From Azolla caroliniana (Eukaryota; Plantae; Polypodiophyta), in contig JBHGNT010000018.1 of assembly GCA_043228905.1 (NCBI GenBank), forward strand, positions 12,090,001 to 12,154,000: 64,000 bases of DNA, given 5' to 3'. Position 1 is the first letter of the stretch. Each line of letters opens with the position of its first letter. Below the pieces are notes generated by a model. The model was given only the letters and a program-made list of their open reading frames with translations, was not told the origin of the DNA and did no database searches. Both the position numbers and the translations under genes were made by a program. This document shows, piece by piece, positions 1 through 11,470 of the stretch.

Positions 1-2176
1 GCGAAATGTGGTCTTCCATTCATCTCTTGGTCAAATCTGTACGAGGTTATATGCTCCTCGTAAGTCCATCTTTGTGAAGAACCTTGCACTATTTATTCGT
101 TCTAAAAGATTTGAGATAAGGGGAAGTGCATACCTATTCCTGATGGTGACCTTATTCAAGCCACGATAATCTACGACGAGACGAAGTGATCCATCCTTTT
201 TCTTGACGAAGAAAATGGGTGTGTTGGCTGGAGATTTCGAATGTCGAATGAAACCATTTGCCAAATTCTCCTCTATATAGGTTGGAAGAACTTCTAGCTC
301 AGTTGGTGAAAAATTGTAGATCAATCCCCATGGTGGCTCTTTTCCCAGTTGTAAATCGTTGGGGCAATCATACAGTCGATGGTGAGGAAGCGTATTGGCT
401 TGTACTTTATCAAACACATCGGCATAATGATGATACTTCTCTGGAAGTTGAACGGTGGACTCCTCTTTAGTGGTGTTGGAAGGTTTTACTGATACTGCGA
501 AGAGAAACATTTCTTCCTTGCGTCCTTCCTCGCGCAACTGATGTAGCGAAATGGTTGCAATCTTATGAGTAGGTCCTCGGGTTTGTGGATACTAGATTTC
601 CCTTGTTCTCCAATCTATGCCTGGGTTATGTAATTCGAACCATGGTAATCCCAAAACAATGGGATGTTCTGGGATACTAATTATATACTACACACGCTAA
701 ATTATCTAGGACAATATTAACGAGCTCTGACTCTTCTATGATATTTCCAGAAGCAATAGGACGACCATCAATGACTACTATAGAGGCTGGACACGAGAGT
801 TTTCTTAGGGAAATCTGATGAGCTTGGGCAAAATTCCTATCCATGACGCAAGAATTAGCTCCAAAATCTAGGAGTGCTGAGACATGTACTGGAGAGGTAT
901 TGGAGAGGTACTTTTAGTACTAACTATTACTTGGGCTAAGAACACATTGCTAACTTGCTTAGAGGGAATGGAACCACTAATGGGCTGCACAAATCTAGGG
1001 CTGTCCAACCAAACGTCTCCTATTTTGGTTGGACATAGTCGTTTAACTCTTCTTCTAACTGACTAAGGACATCAAATTTGTTCAATAGATTTGGGCTATT
1101 AGTACTATTGGGACTGTCAGATATTCCTACTGAAATAGACTCGGGTTTAGTACAATTAGAACTAGCAACTATTTGGTTCACCTGTCTTTTTGGCCTATGG
1201 GACAGTTCACTGCAGTATGCCCTGGTCCACCGCAATAAAGACATAGTCAATTTGCTCGGCGTCACTGCTTTTCTTCTTCCGATAATGGTCCGCGATGACG
1301 TGTAGTGTCAATTTCCATCGGAGTTGGAGTATTCACAGGAGACGCATTATATGACTCCCTTGAAAAAGGTTTTGCTACCACTGAGGCGTAGGTGGGCTCT
1401 GATCTTGCCCTTGGCATCTGGAACTGATGTTCCGAATGTCGTTCGAAAAGACGGTTGTCGCATCTCACCGTGCGACTGATTGCTTCTGTCAATGACTTTG
1501 GTTCTTCGGGGAAGGTCAAGAGTAAATTCTTGACATCATTATGTAGACCATAACGAAATTGCTCCATAAGTGCTTGGTCATCCCATGGGATATCGGAGGC
1601 AAGTAGGCGGAAATCTGCAGCGTATGCGGAGGCTAGACGATCACCTTGACGTAATCGTCGGATTTTGTTGATTGTTGTCCTTATGCTATCAATATCTCCA
1701 AAACAAGCTTTAAACTCACTTAAAACCTTTTCAAAATTGTTTAGTAAAGGAGATTCCTTTTCTAACAACGGAGCGAACCATGCCAAAACTGAGCCACTTA
1801 ACAACGTGCCTACTAAACCCACTTGTGATGCATCGGTGGGATATCGGGAAGGATGCATTAACCATACCTGATTAAGGGATTCTTTAAACTGCGATCATGT
1901 TCCATCTAATTTCATGGGAAGGCTGATCTTGGGTTCTTTATGAACCCCTTGCGTATTGGGTCCTTGTTGTTGCATCGCGACTAGGGTTGCTTCGAGTTGT
2001 TCCATGTGTAACGCTAGTTCCCCATGTTGTTGTTGCGTCTACTGCTTCTCTAAGGAGATTTGTTGAAGCTCCCCCAACAACCATTGATTTTCTTGTTCCA
2101 ATGCGAGAAACTTCTCTTTCAAGCATTGCAACTCCGAAAAAATGGATTGATATTCTTGAGCGCTAATAGTTGCCAT
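1..2176 (-). pseudogene. RT-1 gag-pol remnant with stops and frameshifts
   Basis: ORF fragments 1262-1858, 1020-1265 and 31-537 align with RT-6 Gag and Pol. Confidence 0.88.
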
Positions 2177-2556
2177 AGTATGAGAGGAAAGAGGAATAAG
2201 AGATTAGTTTGAAGGGAGGGAGAAGTAAGAAGATAAATGAGGAGAAGGAAGGAGACGAAATTGGTTCAAACTGTCAAGAACAGTTCTAAGACAGAGAAGT
2301 ACTATTAGGAACAGTACTAAGATAGAGAAGGAATTAGTACTAAAAGATGAGGATTAGTACTAAGGGAGGTGTAGAACTCTCCAGAGAAGGAAGGAGTGAG
2401 TGAGTGAGTGAGAGAGAGAGAATGATGATAACAAAAGATATATATTATGTTAAGAGAATATACCATAGTAGCTAGGAGGCTTAAGACTAGCGTTAAACTG
2501 ATTTGGTACGAAATAATGCCTTGTGCCTCCTTTTATAGTGTTCTCAAGAGACTCCT

Positions 2557-2578
2557 GAAGTTTCTAGAATGTTCTAGA
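2557..2578. promoter_or_regulatory. Heat-shock element array in RT-1 U3
   Basis: GAAgtTTCtaGAAtgTTCtaGA, alternating nGAAn/nTTCn units just upstream of the LTR TATA box. Confidence 0.6.
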
Positions 2579-2642
2579 GAAATCTGGAATATACATCAAT
2601 TTTCTATAGTAAAACTTAAATGAAAATAATTTTTTTGTATTA

Positions 2643-2716
2643 CAACATATAGTCTAATGGTCAAGAGCTCGACCCATGTAACATAAGGTCATGGGTTCGA
2701 GTCTTGCCATATCATG
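2643..2716 (+). ncRNA. tRNA-like Pol III (A/B box) cassette at the RT-1 U3 tip, antisense to the element
   Basis: A box TAGTCTAATGG (2650-2660), then AGGTC-ATGGG-TTCGAGT with B box GGTTCGAGTCT (2694-2704). A-to-B offset 44 nt as in tRNA genes. Acceptor and anticodon stems are degenerate. Confidence 0.65.
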
Positions 2717-2919
2717 ACAACCACTTGTTTTTGTCATCGCCTTTGCTTCTAGAGTTACCATCATCACCGTCCTTGCTTCCGGAGTTACCATCATCAACAT
2801 CCTTGTCTTCGACTTCATCATTTTCAGCACCCCATCGCCCAACCATCATCGTCATCAACACTACTTGTCATCATTTTTAGGTATCATTTTGCATCACGGT
2901 TTTGGTGAGGAATGCTTTC

Positions 2920-3256
2920 GATTGCTCACCTTCCCAGTTCTGGTGGGGGTCACAACCGCTCACTTTCCAAGTGGGGATCAGATCATTGCTCGCTTGCACT
3001 GCATTTCCATTATAGTTCAAGTATCGGATCACTTTCTGTTGGCGAGGACTGATTTCGATTGCTCACCTTCTAGTTTCGGTGGGGGTCACCACCGCTCACT
3101 TTCTTGGTGGGGATCACGTGGGTTTCTCACTAGTGCTACCGTTTGTGCAGTGCCTTGGGTCAACCTCGACTATTTACCCTCTCATAATAGAAGAATTCGA
3201 GTCGACTACTTCACTTGCACTCCTTCACCTGTTGTTGTTCCAGTTCTCGGTGAGGG
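2920..3256. repeat. Degenerate left part of the repeat array that continues at 10250
   Basis: GCTCACCTTC..AGTT..GGTGGGGGTCAC..CCGCTCACTTTC occurs twice. The region ends in CAGTTCTCGGTGAGGG, identical to units of the 10250-10925 array. Confidence 0.55.
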
Positions 3257-3261
3257 GTGGA

Positions 3262-3917
3262 TGTCGTGAAGAAAACCGTCCCCAGGCGCAAACCGTGTAC
3301 AGCGTGTGTGAACCGGCCCTTACACGTGGGCACGCCCCTTGTTGTATAGTAGATAGGTAGGCGCAAAGGTCGAATCCTAGGTAGCAATATTCTATAGAGA
3401 GAATTAATGTGATGTAAACGGGTGAAACGGCCTCCCTCCTTGAGCTATAAAAGAGAGGGAGAAGGGGAGAGAAGGTATCGCGCGCTAGAGGGGACGAAGT
3501 GGTGTCGGACTGGGACCGAACTCTTCTTCTCTGTCGTTCTCCATAGCTTTTGTTTTGCGCAGGTTATCAGGAGGCTGATTCTGCTCCGTGGAACGCCCGT
3601 GTGCTTCCGGCAGAATCTCCATCTTGCTCCCCTGTGTGTGTGGGTGATCAGGCATCGGCATCCATCTCGCCGACCTGATCTGTTGTAACCGTTCGAGTCG
3701 TCTGCATACATACAAATACATACGTATATTTATATACATACTCTAGTGTTCTCAACTCGTGTCTCCTGTGTTGTTGGGCCGCGTCCCCGTGCGCTTCTTT
3801 GTCTATACGTGTGTGAGCGTCTCTCTCTCTCTCTCTCTCCCTTTTCTCACCGATTCCTCGGTCCAAGACCCCAGTGTTCCCGCCTTGTTCTCCACGCACG
3901 CGCGTAACAACGCGACA
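3262..3917 (+). repeat. RT-2 5' LTR (656 bp)
   Basis: TGTCG...CGACA; highly similar to 9597-10249; TATAAAA at about 3446. Confidence 0.95.
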
Positions 3918-3922
3918 TCTTT

Positions 3923-3940
3923 TGGTGAACCCGACGTGAA
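3923..3940 (+). other. RT-2 primer binding site, tRNA-Trp
   Basis: TGGTGAACCCGACGTGAA is complementary to the plant tRNA-Trp 3' end (TTCACGTCGGGTTCACCA, recalled from memory). Confidence 0.85.
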
Positions 3941-3961
3941 AAGGCGGCAGAGGAGTAGAAG

Positions 3962-6139
3962 ATGAGGGGGTCAGACCTCGCAGAAGCCATGGCTTCAGCT
4001 GTGGACCGTATAGTGAGTGCGCGCGAAGGCACCGGCGCCCTTGATAGGGCAATCGAGGCGGTTGTCGGTACCATCGGCCGGTTTAGTGGGAAGGATGCCA
4101 TGAGCTACTTGGCATCCTACCGAGCTGAGATGGTAATGAGGGACATTCCGGAAGAGAGGCGTCTAGCCGGATTCCCTCGAGTGGCGATGCCGGGCATCCA
4201 TACGGAGGTGCTCGAGGTACGGGCCGAGAGCCGGACCTAGGAGGAGTTCGAAGGTCGGCTCCTCGAAAAATACGGACTTTCGAAGCGGGACTTCATGGAG
4301 TGGGTGGAGACCCCCGACAAAGGAAGGAACGCGTCGGTGCTCCTCCGGGAGTTTGAGGAACGCTTCGCGCGCCTCTCGGTGCTTGACCGGACCATTCTGG
4401 ACACAAGTCGTGTCCTATTGTTTGTTAAGTCAATTGACGAGCGGGATCAGGAGCAAGTAGGCCTCCTATTGGAGACTGATGACGGGCTGACGGCCGACTG
4501 GGCCGTGGTGAAGAGGGTCTGTGGCCGTTTCGACAAACGACGGGAATGGGTTGACAAAGGATCGATAGGGGCGGGCTCTATCGTAGCAAGGAAGCTCGAG
4601 CCAACACCACCAACGCGAAGGGAAGAGACCCGAGATTGGCTCGAGACCGGGTCGGCTTCGACCGGCATGGTCAAGGGCTCGACCGGGGGAGCAGCTCTGG
4701 AGGAACTGACGCGGATGGTAAAGGATCTCCAGATCGCCCAGGCACGGAGGGATGGTGGCGAACAGGCCCGTGACCGACGACCTCTGGCTAAAAACAGGTG
4801 CATGTGGTATGACGCGGTTGGCCACATCCGGAAGGACTGCGGGGACTTCGCCGAGGCGATGAGAAGCAACGTGGTGTACTTGTGGAACGGTCGGGTGCAC
4901 GCCAACGAGACCCGAAGGGCCCTGAACCTGAACGTCGGGCGAGGGGGTATGAAAAGGTTGATGGAGGAGGAGGCGGCTCATCACACGGAGATCGTCCACT
5001 ACTCGGCGTCAACTGGTATTCGGGTCGGAGGTGGTGAGGCCCCGAAGACGAACAAAGCCGGGTTCTGGCCGACGATGCTAGAAGGCCTCGCCGGTGCACG
5101 ACTAAGGAAAGAAGAGGCGGACCGCGCGGAAAAACGGGTCCGGGAGGTAACTGGGTGGAGTGACCCGGTGGAAGAAAAGACGGGCTTCGTCGAAGCCGCT
5201 TGTCAAAACTACGAGGCTCTGGTGGAGGACAAGCGGGTAGGAAAAACCGGAGGGGCCGGGCCCTCGCAACGGTATGAAACTCGATTCGGGCAAAGGCGGA
5301 ATGAGGCCAGTGTAACCGGCGCCCAGGATAATCCCAAGAGGGGCGGGTACCGGCAGAGCACAGAAATCGAAAGATCCACGGACTTGCAAAAGGTCCTGGA
5401 AGAACGAATCCTCGACAGCAAGGTGGAACTGTCGCTGAGGGAAGTGCTCGGGATCGCCAAGAAAGAGTTCCACGACTCCATCGTAGACTTGGTGAAGAGG
5501 AAGAGGCTGTCGACGGAGACAGAACCGGAGAAGCCGGTGGAGGTGCGGACGACGCACATAGAGGACATGGCGCTGGAAGACGAGTTGGCGGAGAGCCACT
5601 ATTCGAGGCCGCACTGGGCCAGAGCGACCACGGAGACCCCCGTGAAGATCGGAGATGTTCATGAACCAGTGGTGGCGTTGGTGGACCATGGTTCGGAAAT
5701 CAATTTGATGTCCATGGACTTCTACAAGAAGGGGAAATGGCCGATCAACACCAAGCACAGGTGGAAAATACGGGCAGCGACGCGTGCCACCGAAGAACTG
5801 CATGGAGCCTGCCCGAATGTACGAGTAAAGATCGGCGATGTCGAGATTGACCAGCACTTCTTCGTGCAGGAGACGTCCTCACATCTGGTTATACTAGGAG
5901 AACCGTACATCATGGCAGCACAGATGGAGACCAAGGTGTTGGACAACGGCTCGGCCTATGCAAGGGTCAAGAGCCAGGATGAGCGTCACTCGGTCCAGTT
6001 CCTGACAGTGAGACCGAACCATGAACGAAACCGCGAGACCCTCGGGGGCGAAAGCCGAGAGGATTTTAAGAGAGGGCTATCAAAGCATGGGGCAGCGATA
6101 GTCCGGACACTCCGGAAAAACCCCACAAGTGTACGATAG
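3962..6139 (+). pseudogene. RT-2 gag-protease, interrupted by a stop at 4238-4240
   Basis: ORFs 3962-4240 and 4295-6139; zinc-knuckle remnant CMWYDAVGHIRKDC; protease motif ALVDHGSEINLM. Confidence 0.88.
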
Positions 6140-6211
6140 CGAAGAAGACCTGTACTATAAGTAGGAAATTTTGGTTCTCCGACAACGGAGGGTGTACGAT
6201 AGTCGACGTCG

Positions 6212-9200
6212 TTGGCCGGAAGAAGAAAAGGGCGGAGGAGCGACTTCGGGCATGTGGTATCCTCGGCCCTGGAGAGGAAATCAACGGAGCCATGGAGGGC
6301 GGTCTCTTTCGACGATACCTTGGGGAAGCTGCGAGAGGTAGTCGGAGGAGTCCTTAAAGAGGACTGGACGATTCCGGTATGTTCGAAAAGGATGTATGAA
6401 GTCATCACAGACTTCAGTAGAGGGCTCGAGTCGGATCGGACAGCCCGGGTGGACACGAGGTACAAGACTGTGGACCGGAAGGTGAGGCCACTCGCGGCTC
6501 CCTTGCCGAAGGGCAGCGAGTTGCGAATAAAAGGGGTTGCGTCGGACCCGAGTTTACGAAATCCGGCCCGCATAGGACACACGTTCACCGACATAACGCT
6601 ACGTGAGCTCAAAATCGGTGGGGGCGGCTTCGTACTGCTGGCGGAAGAGGACCGTTTTCGGGGAATGCTCGGAAGGCACGGGAAGGCTTTCGCATTCTCA
6701 CCGGAGGAGATCGGGTGCGTAGACCCGACAGTCGTGGAACCGATGGTGATATTCACGGTACCCCATGTGCCGTGGAGTCTCAAACCGATTCCAGTACCCA
6801 GAGCTCACATCCCGAAGCTGATGGAGCTGTTAAAGCAGAAGGTTGAGATGGGCATCCTCGAACCGTCGAGTGCCCCATACTCGAATCGATGGTTTACCGT
6901 GCCGAAGAAGGACGGCACGCTGCGCTTTATTCAAGACCTGCAGCCAGTCAACAAGGTGACCATTCGAAACGCAGGAATCGGACCGACAATAGACGAGTTC
7001 GCGGAGGCCTTCGCCGGAAGGTCGATTTACTCGGTTGGTGATCTCTACTCGGGGTACGATCAGTTCCAGCTAGCCATAGAGAGCAGAGACATCACGACAA
7101 TGCGAACTCCTCTCGGCCTAGTATGGATGTGTACCCTACCGCAAGGAGGGACGAACTCGGTGGCTCACATGGTGAACGCAATGAACAAGGTGCTGAGGGA
7201 TTGTATCCCGGACATCACCATGCCGTTTTTGGATGACGTCCCGATCAAGGGATGCCCGGTGGAGGAAAAGGACGAGACGATCGGACCGGACGGATGCCGG
7301 AAATTCGTGGCGACACACATCGATGACTGCGAGAAGGTGCTGCAAAGGTTAGAGGGCGCGAGGCTCACCTTCTTCGGGGAAAAATCGGCCTTCGGGCAAT
7401 CAAAGATCATGGTCATCGGACACCTATGCGGGTCGTACGGCCGGAAACCGTCTCCGGCTAAGGTAGAAGCCATCTCCGCGATGAAGCACGACTGTAACTC
7501 GGTCACGGAGGTCCGGAGGTTCTTGGGAGCATGCGCGTTCTACCACATATGGATCCCGCATTACGCCCACGTCGCGGAGTCGTTATACGGGTTGCTGAAA
7601 AAGGGGCGAAGATTTGAGTGGAGAGACGAGTATACGGAGTCTGTCCGAAAGATGAAGGGAGCACTTGCCGCAGCTCTGGCGCTCCGAAAGGCTGTCCACG
7701 GAAAGAACACTCCAATTTACGTAACGGTAGACACGAGTCCGACCGGGATCGGATGGGTCGTCAACCAAGAGGACGAGGACGGCATGCGTTTCCCGATCCG
7801 GTTCGGCGCGAAGGTCCTCAGCGAGCGACAGCGAGGATACGCCCAGGTTAAACGCAAGCTCTGGGGTATCGTTTCAGCGGTAAAGGACGATAAAGACTAC
7901 CTGATCGGGACAGAGGTAATTATCGAGATGGACTGCCTGCCAATTCTTGGCATGGTTTCCGGATGCGCGACGCCGGACCTGGCAATGCTCAGGTGGATAG
8001 CGTACATCAAGTCCCTGAATCCGGAAATACGACACATTTCCGGGAAAGACAATGCCATGGCCGACATGCTTTCAAGGGCGAGGTTCGAAAACGAGGGCGG
8101 CATGGTTTCGGAGGACGAGGAAGTCGGCGTGGACTTCTTCGAGGCAGCTTACGTAACAACTGGCAGGGAATGCACTCCAACGCTTAACGATTTCGACGAG
8201 AGCAAGTACAACGGGGAGTGGCTGCAGATCGGCGGGTTCCTGAAAACAATGACACTGGACGCGGCATGGACAAAGGATGAGGCCAACCAGATTCGGAAGA
8301 AAGCGTACCGATTCTTTCTCCGGGACGGGTACATATGGAAGCACCCGAAGAAGGAGGAACAAGAGGATTTGCTAGCAGCGTACCACGATAGTCCTTGGGC
8401 TGGACACCGTGGAACGTGGGCCATGTTCGAAAAGCTAAAGGGGAAGTACTGGTGGCTGGGACTATACCGGGACGCGCATCGGTTCGTGACAACTTGCGAA
8501 AGCTGTCAGGTGCACTCCATGATCCGACACCGGGACGAGCTTCACCCGACCTACCCTCCGACCGTCCACTTCAAGTGGATGGTGGATTTGGTGACGATGC
8601 CAATGGGGGTAGGACAGATGCAGTATCTGGTGTTGGCTCGGGAGGATCTAACAAACCAAGTTGAAGGCCGAGCCCTGCAGAACAAGACGACTATAGTCAT
8701 GTGCCGGTTTTTGATTGAGGACGTGGTATGTCGATACGGGTGCGTAGGGATGATCGTGGCTGACCGTGGTGAGTTGGACGCAGAAGAGGCCGAAGAGATG
8801 TTCGACCGGCTAGGAGTCAAACTTTCGCTCACCACAACGTACAATCCGGAGGCGAACGGGAAGGTAGAGCGCGGACACGGGCCGATTGTCAAAGCACTAG
8901 TACGGGCGTGCGGAGGCCAAGTCGGGAACTGGCCACGGTTGCTGCCTTATGCCTTGTGGGCGGACCGGACTACGCACAGTTCGGTAACCGAGTTCATGCC
9001 GGCAGAGCTTATGTTCGGATAGAAGCCGATCATGCCAACAGAGCGAACGATCTCCTCGTGGGCCACGGTGGACTGGAAGGATGAGATGAGCCAGGAGGAA
9101 CTGTTGGCGGCACGGATTCGACAGCTCGAATGGAGGCCGGAGGACGTAGAGCGAGCCGCGGAGAAACTTCGGGTAGCGAGGATAAGAAACAAAGCCCGGT

Positions 9201-9520
9201 TCAACCGAACGCACCGGCTCCGGCCAAGGAAGATCGAGGAAGGCAACTGGGTCCTCGTCTACGACAGCAGCCTCGACAATCAGCATAGGGCCACGCGGAA
9301 GTTTGCGAGGAGGTGGTTCGGGCCTTACGTAGTAACGGGCGCCAAACACAATGGGACGTACCATCTCACGGAGCTCGACGGTACGAGAATGGCGATACCG
9401 GTAGCGGGGAAGAGGATCAAAGCGTTCAAGAAACGACACGACGGTGAGCCGGAGCTAGGGGGCATGGACAGCAACGACGAGGAGCCCGAGGCGGAGGACG
9501 AAGCAGTAAACGAGGAATAA
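6212..9520 (+). pseudogene. RT-2 pol (RT-RNase H-integrase), with a premature stop at 9020-9022
   Basis: RT motif PFLDD, RNase H TVDTSPTGIG, integrase HHCC (HDSPWAGH..CESC) and YNPEANGKVERGH. C-terminus continues in 9032-9520. Confidence 0.92.
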
Positions 9521-9596
9521 AAGCAAGGACCGGTTTTCTCCCGTAGGGACCCAATTTTGGCGCATACCGGAGGATGCGCGGTTAGGTGGGGGTGGA

Positions 9597-10249
9597 TGTC
9601 GTGAAGAAAACCGTCCCCAGGCGCAAACTGTATACAATGTGTGTGAACCGGCCCTTACACGTGGGCACGCCCCTTGCTGTATAGTAGATAGGTAGGTGCA
9701 AAGGTCGAATCCTAGGTAGCAATATTCTATAGAGAGAATTAATGTGATGTAAACGGGTGAAACGGCCTCCCTCCTTGAGCTATAAAAGAGAGGGAGACGG
9801 GGAGAGAAGGTATCGCGCGCTAGAGGGGACGAAGTGGTGTCGGACTGGGACCGAACTCTTCTTCTCTGTCGTTCTCCATAGCTTTCTTTTGCGCAGGTTA
9901 TCAGGAGGCTGATTCTGCTCCGTGGAACGCCCGTGTGCTTCCGGCAGAATCTCCATCTTGCTCCCCTGTGTGCGTGGGTGATCAGGCGTCGGCATCCATC
10001 TCGCCAACCTGATCCGCTGTAACCGTTCGAGTCGTCTGCATACATACAAATACATACGTATATTTATATACATACTCTAGTGTTCTCAACTCGTGTCTCC
10101 TGTGTTGTTGGGCTGCGTCCCTGTGCGCTTCTTTGTCTATACATGTGTGAGCGTCTCTCTCTCTCTCTCTCCCTTTTCTCACCTATTCCTCGGTCCAAGA
10201 CCCCAGTGTTCCCGCCTTGTTCTCCACGCACGCGCGTAACAACGCGACA
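9597..10249 (+). repeat. RT-2 3' LTR (653 bp)
   Basis: Direct repeat of 3262-3917, preceded by the purine-rich AGGTGGGGGTGGA. Confidence 0.95.
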
Positions 10250-10925
10250 GCATGGTCGTTTAGGTCCGTTCATGTTCAGTTCTCGGTGAGGGCCACATGG
10301 TCGCTCACGTCCGTCCATGTTCCAATTCTCGATGAGGGCCGCACGGTCGCTCATGCCCGTTTGTGTTCAGTTCTCGGTGAGGGCCGCATGGTCGCTCACG
10401 CCTGTTAGTGTTTTCGATGAGGACCGCACATGGTCACTCATGTTCTAGTTCCCGATGAGGGCCACACATGGTCGCTCACGTCTGTTTGTGTTCCAGTTCT
10501 TGGTGAGGGCCGCATGGTCGCTCATGCCCGTTCGTGTTCAGTTCTCGGTGAGGGCCGCATGGTCGCTCACGTCCGTTCATGTTCCAGTTCTCGTTGAGGG
10601 CCGCATGGTCGCTCATGCCCGTTGGCATTCGTCTTCCAACTCTCGGCGAGGACCGACATGGTCTCTCATGCCCGTTGGTGTTCGTGTTCCCTATGAGGAC
10701 CACACATGGTCATTCACTCCAGCTATTGTTCGTGTTCCAAATCCCGGCGAGGACCAACATGGTCGTTCATGTTCCAACTCTCGGTGGGGACCGACATGGT
10801 CTCTCATGCCCGTTGGTGTTCATGTTTCCCGTGAGGACCACACATGGTCACTCACGCCTGTTGGTATTCGTGTTCCAATTCCTGACGAGGACCGCACATG
10901 GTCGCTTATGCCTGTTGGTGTTCAA
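10250..10925. repeat. Minisatellite of about 15 units (37-54 bp) with a hairpin core TGAG-GRCC-N4-6-GGTC-N-CTCA
   Basis: Recurring CATGGTC core, e.g. CAGTTCTCGGTGAGGGCCGCATGGTCGCTCA. Confidence 0.85.
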
Positions 10926-11295
10926 TACCTCGTCTTTTGGAAGGGTTACTCCTTGTCTAGGATTTACAAAATACTTTGGAGGTGGTCTAAGATTTTCATG
11001 AACAGTATCCCCTTAAGCCAACCCTCGGTTTGGGAAGGCGATGAAAGAGGGAGAGCTTTGATATTTTGGTCGAATTTTCTTCATAGGGAGCTCATGCTTG
11101 GGATCCATAGACCTAATGCATAATTAAAATGAAAGACTTAGGAAATGGGCACTAAGAGTTCTAGAAAGAGTTCATTAGGTTATTTGTGCGCCTAAAACCG
11201 GCCATTTAGCTAAAAAAATTCTTTGCATGGCACCTAAAACCTAAACCTAAAAAGCATTGATTTATCCAATATTATAGGTCCATAATATTGTAAAC

Positions 11296-11470
11296 TGGGG
11301 CACATGTGTGCCTATCGAGTTGGTACACATATGTGCCCCGACTCAATACTAGGTATTGAGTCAGGGCAGATACGTGTACTAACTCGTTACTTATTCCACA
11401 TATGTGGAGCAACTCAATACCAAGTATCGAGTTGGTATACATATGGGCACCAACTCGATACTTGGTATCT
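11296..11470. repeat. Cluster of palindromes and inverted repeats
   Basis: Imperfect 34-bp inverted repeat at 11316-11386 and perfect 20-bp inverted repeat ATACCAAGTATCGAGTTGGT/ACCAACTCGATACTTGGTAT at 11417-11468. Confidence 0.8.

Larger units (their letters stand above)
1..2719 (-). mobile_element. RT-1: Ty3/Gypsy Tcn1-like retrotransposon, 5' part (5' LTR, gag, protease, start of RT); degenerate and runs off the window start
   Basis: Minus-strand gag (ATG 2176, fragments 1262-1858 and 1020-1265), protease region, and RT start KKKDGSLRLVVDYRGLNKVT (31-537). Closely homologous to RT-6. LTR 2272-2719. Confidence 0.92.
2272..2719 (-). repeat. RT-1 5' LTR (448 bp)
   Basis: Termini TGTCAAG...ATGACA. 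Minus-strand TATAAAA starts at 2537. Abuts the GTTTG-starting PBS as in RT-6 and RT-10. Confidence 0.85.
3262..10249 (+). mobile_element. RT-2: full-length non-chromovirus Gypsy element (Phygy-like), tRNA-Trp primed
   Basis: LTRs 3262-3917 and 9597-10249, PBS 3923-3940, PPT 9584-9596, and gag-PR-RT-RH-INT order with no chromodomain. No TSD is visible. Confidence 0.95.

Noticed and set aside
3340-3700. B-box-like strings in the RT-2 LTR (GGTCGAATCC, GTTCGAGTC)
   Set aside because: There is no convincing A box at tRNA spacing and no tRNA-like framework.
6055-6212. GGATTTT slippery site for the RT-2 gag-pol junction
   Set aside because: The -1 frame hits TAA immediately and pol is in the same frame as gag here. 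RT-9 is too decayed to resolve the mechanism.
5102-6783. Long antisense ORFs within RT-2 (also 45088-45867 in RT-7)
   Set aside because: They are shadows of GC-rich sense coding sequence with no recognisable motifs.
10250-10925. CRISPR-like appearance (palindromic repeats with spacers)
   Set aside because: The linkers are homologous to each other, the repeats are degenerate, no cas genes are present, and the context is eukaryotic. It is a minisatellite.
10455-11123. 222-aa and 140-aa ORFs
   Set aside because: They are translations of the minisatellite, and unit lengths are often not multiples of three.
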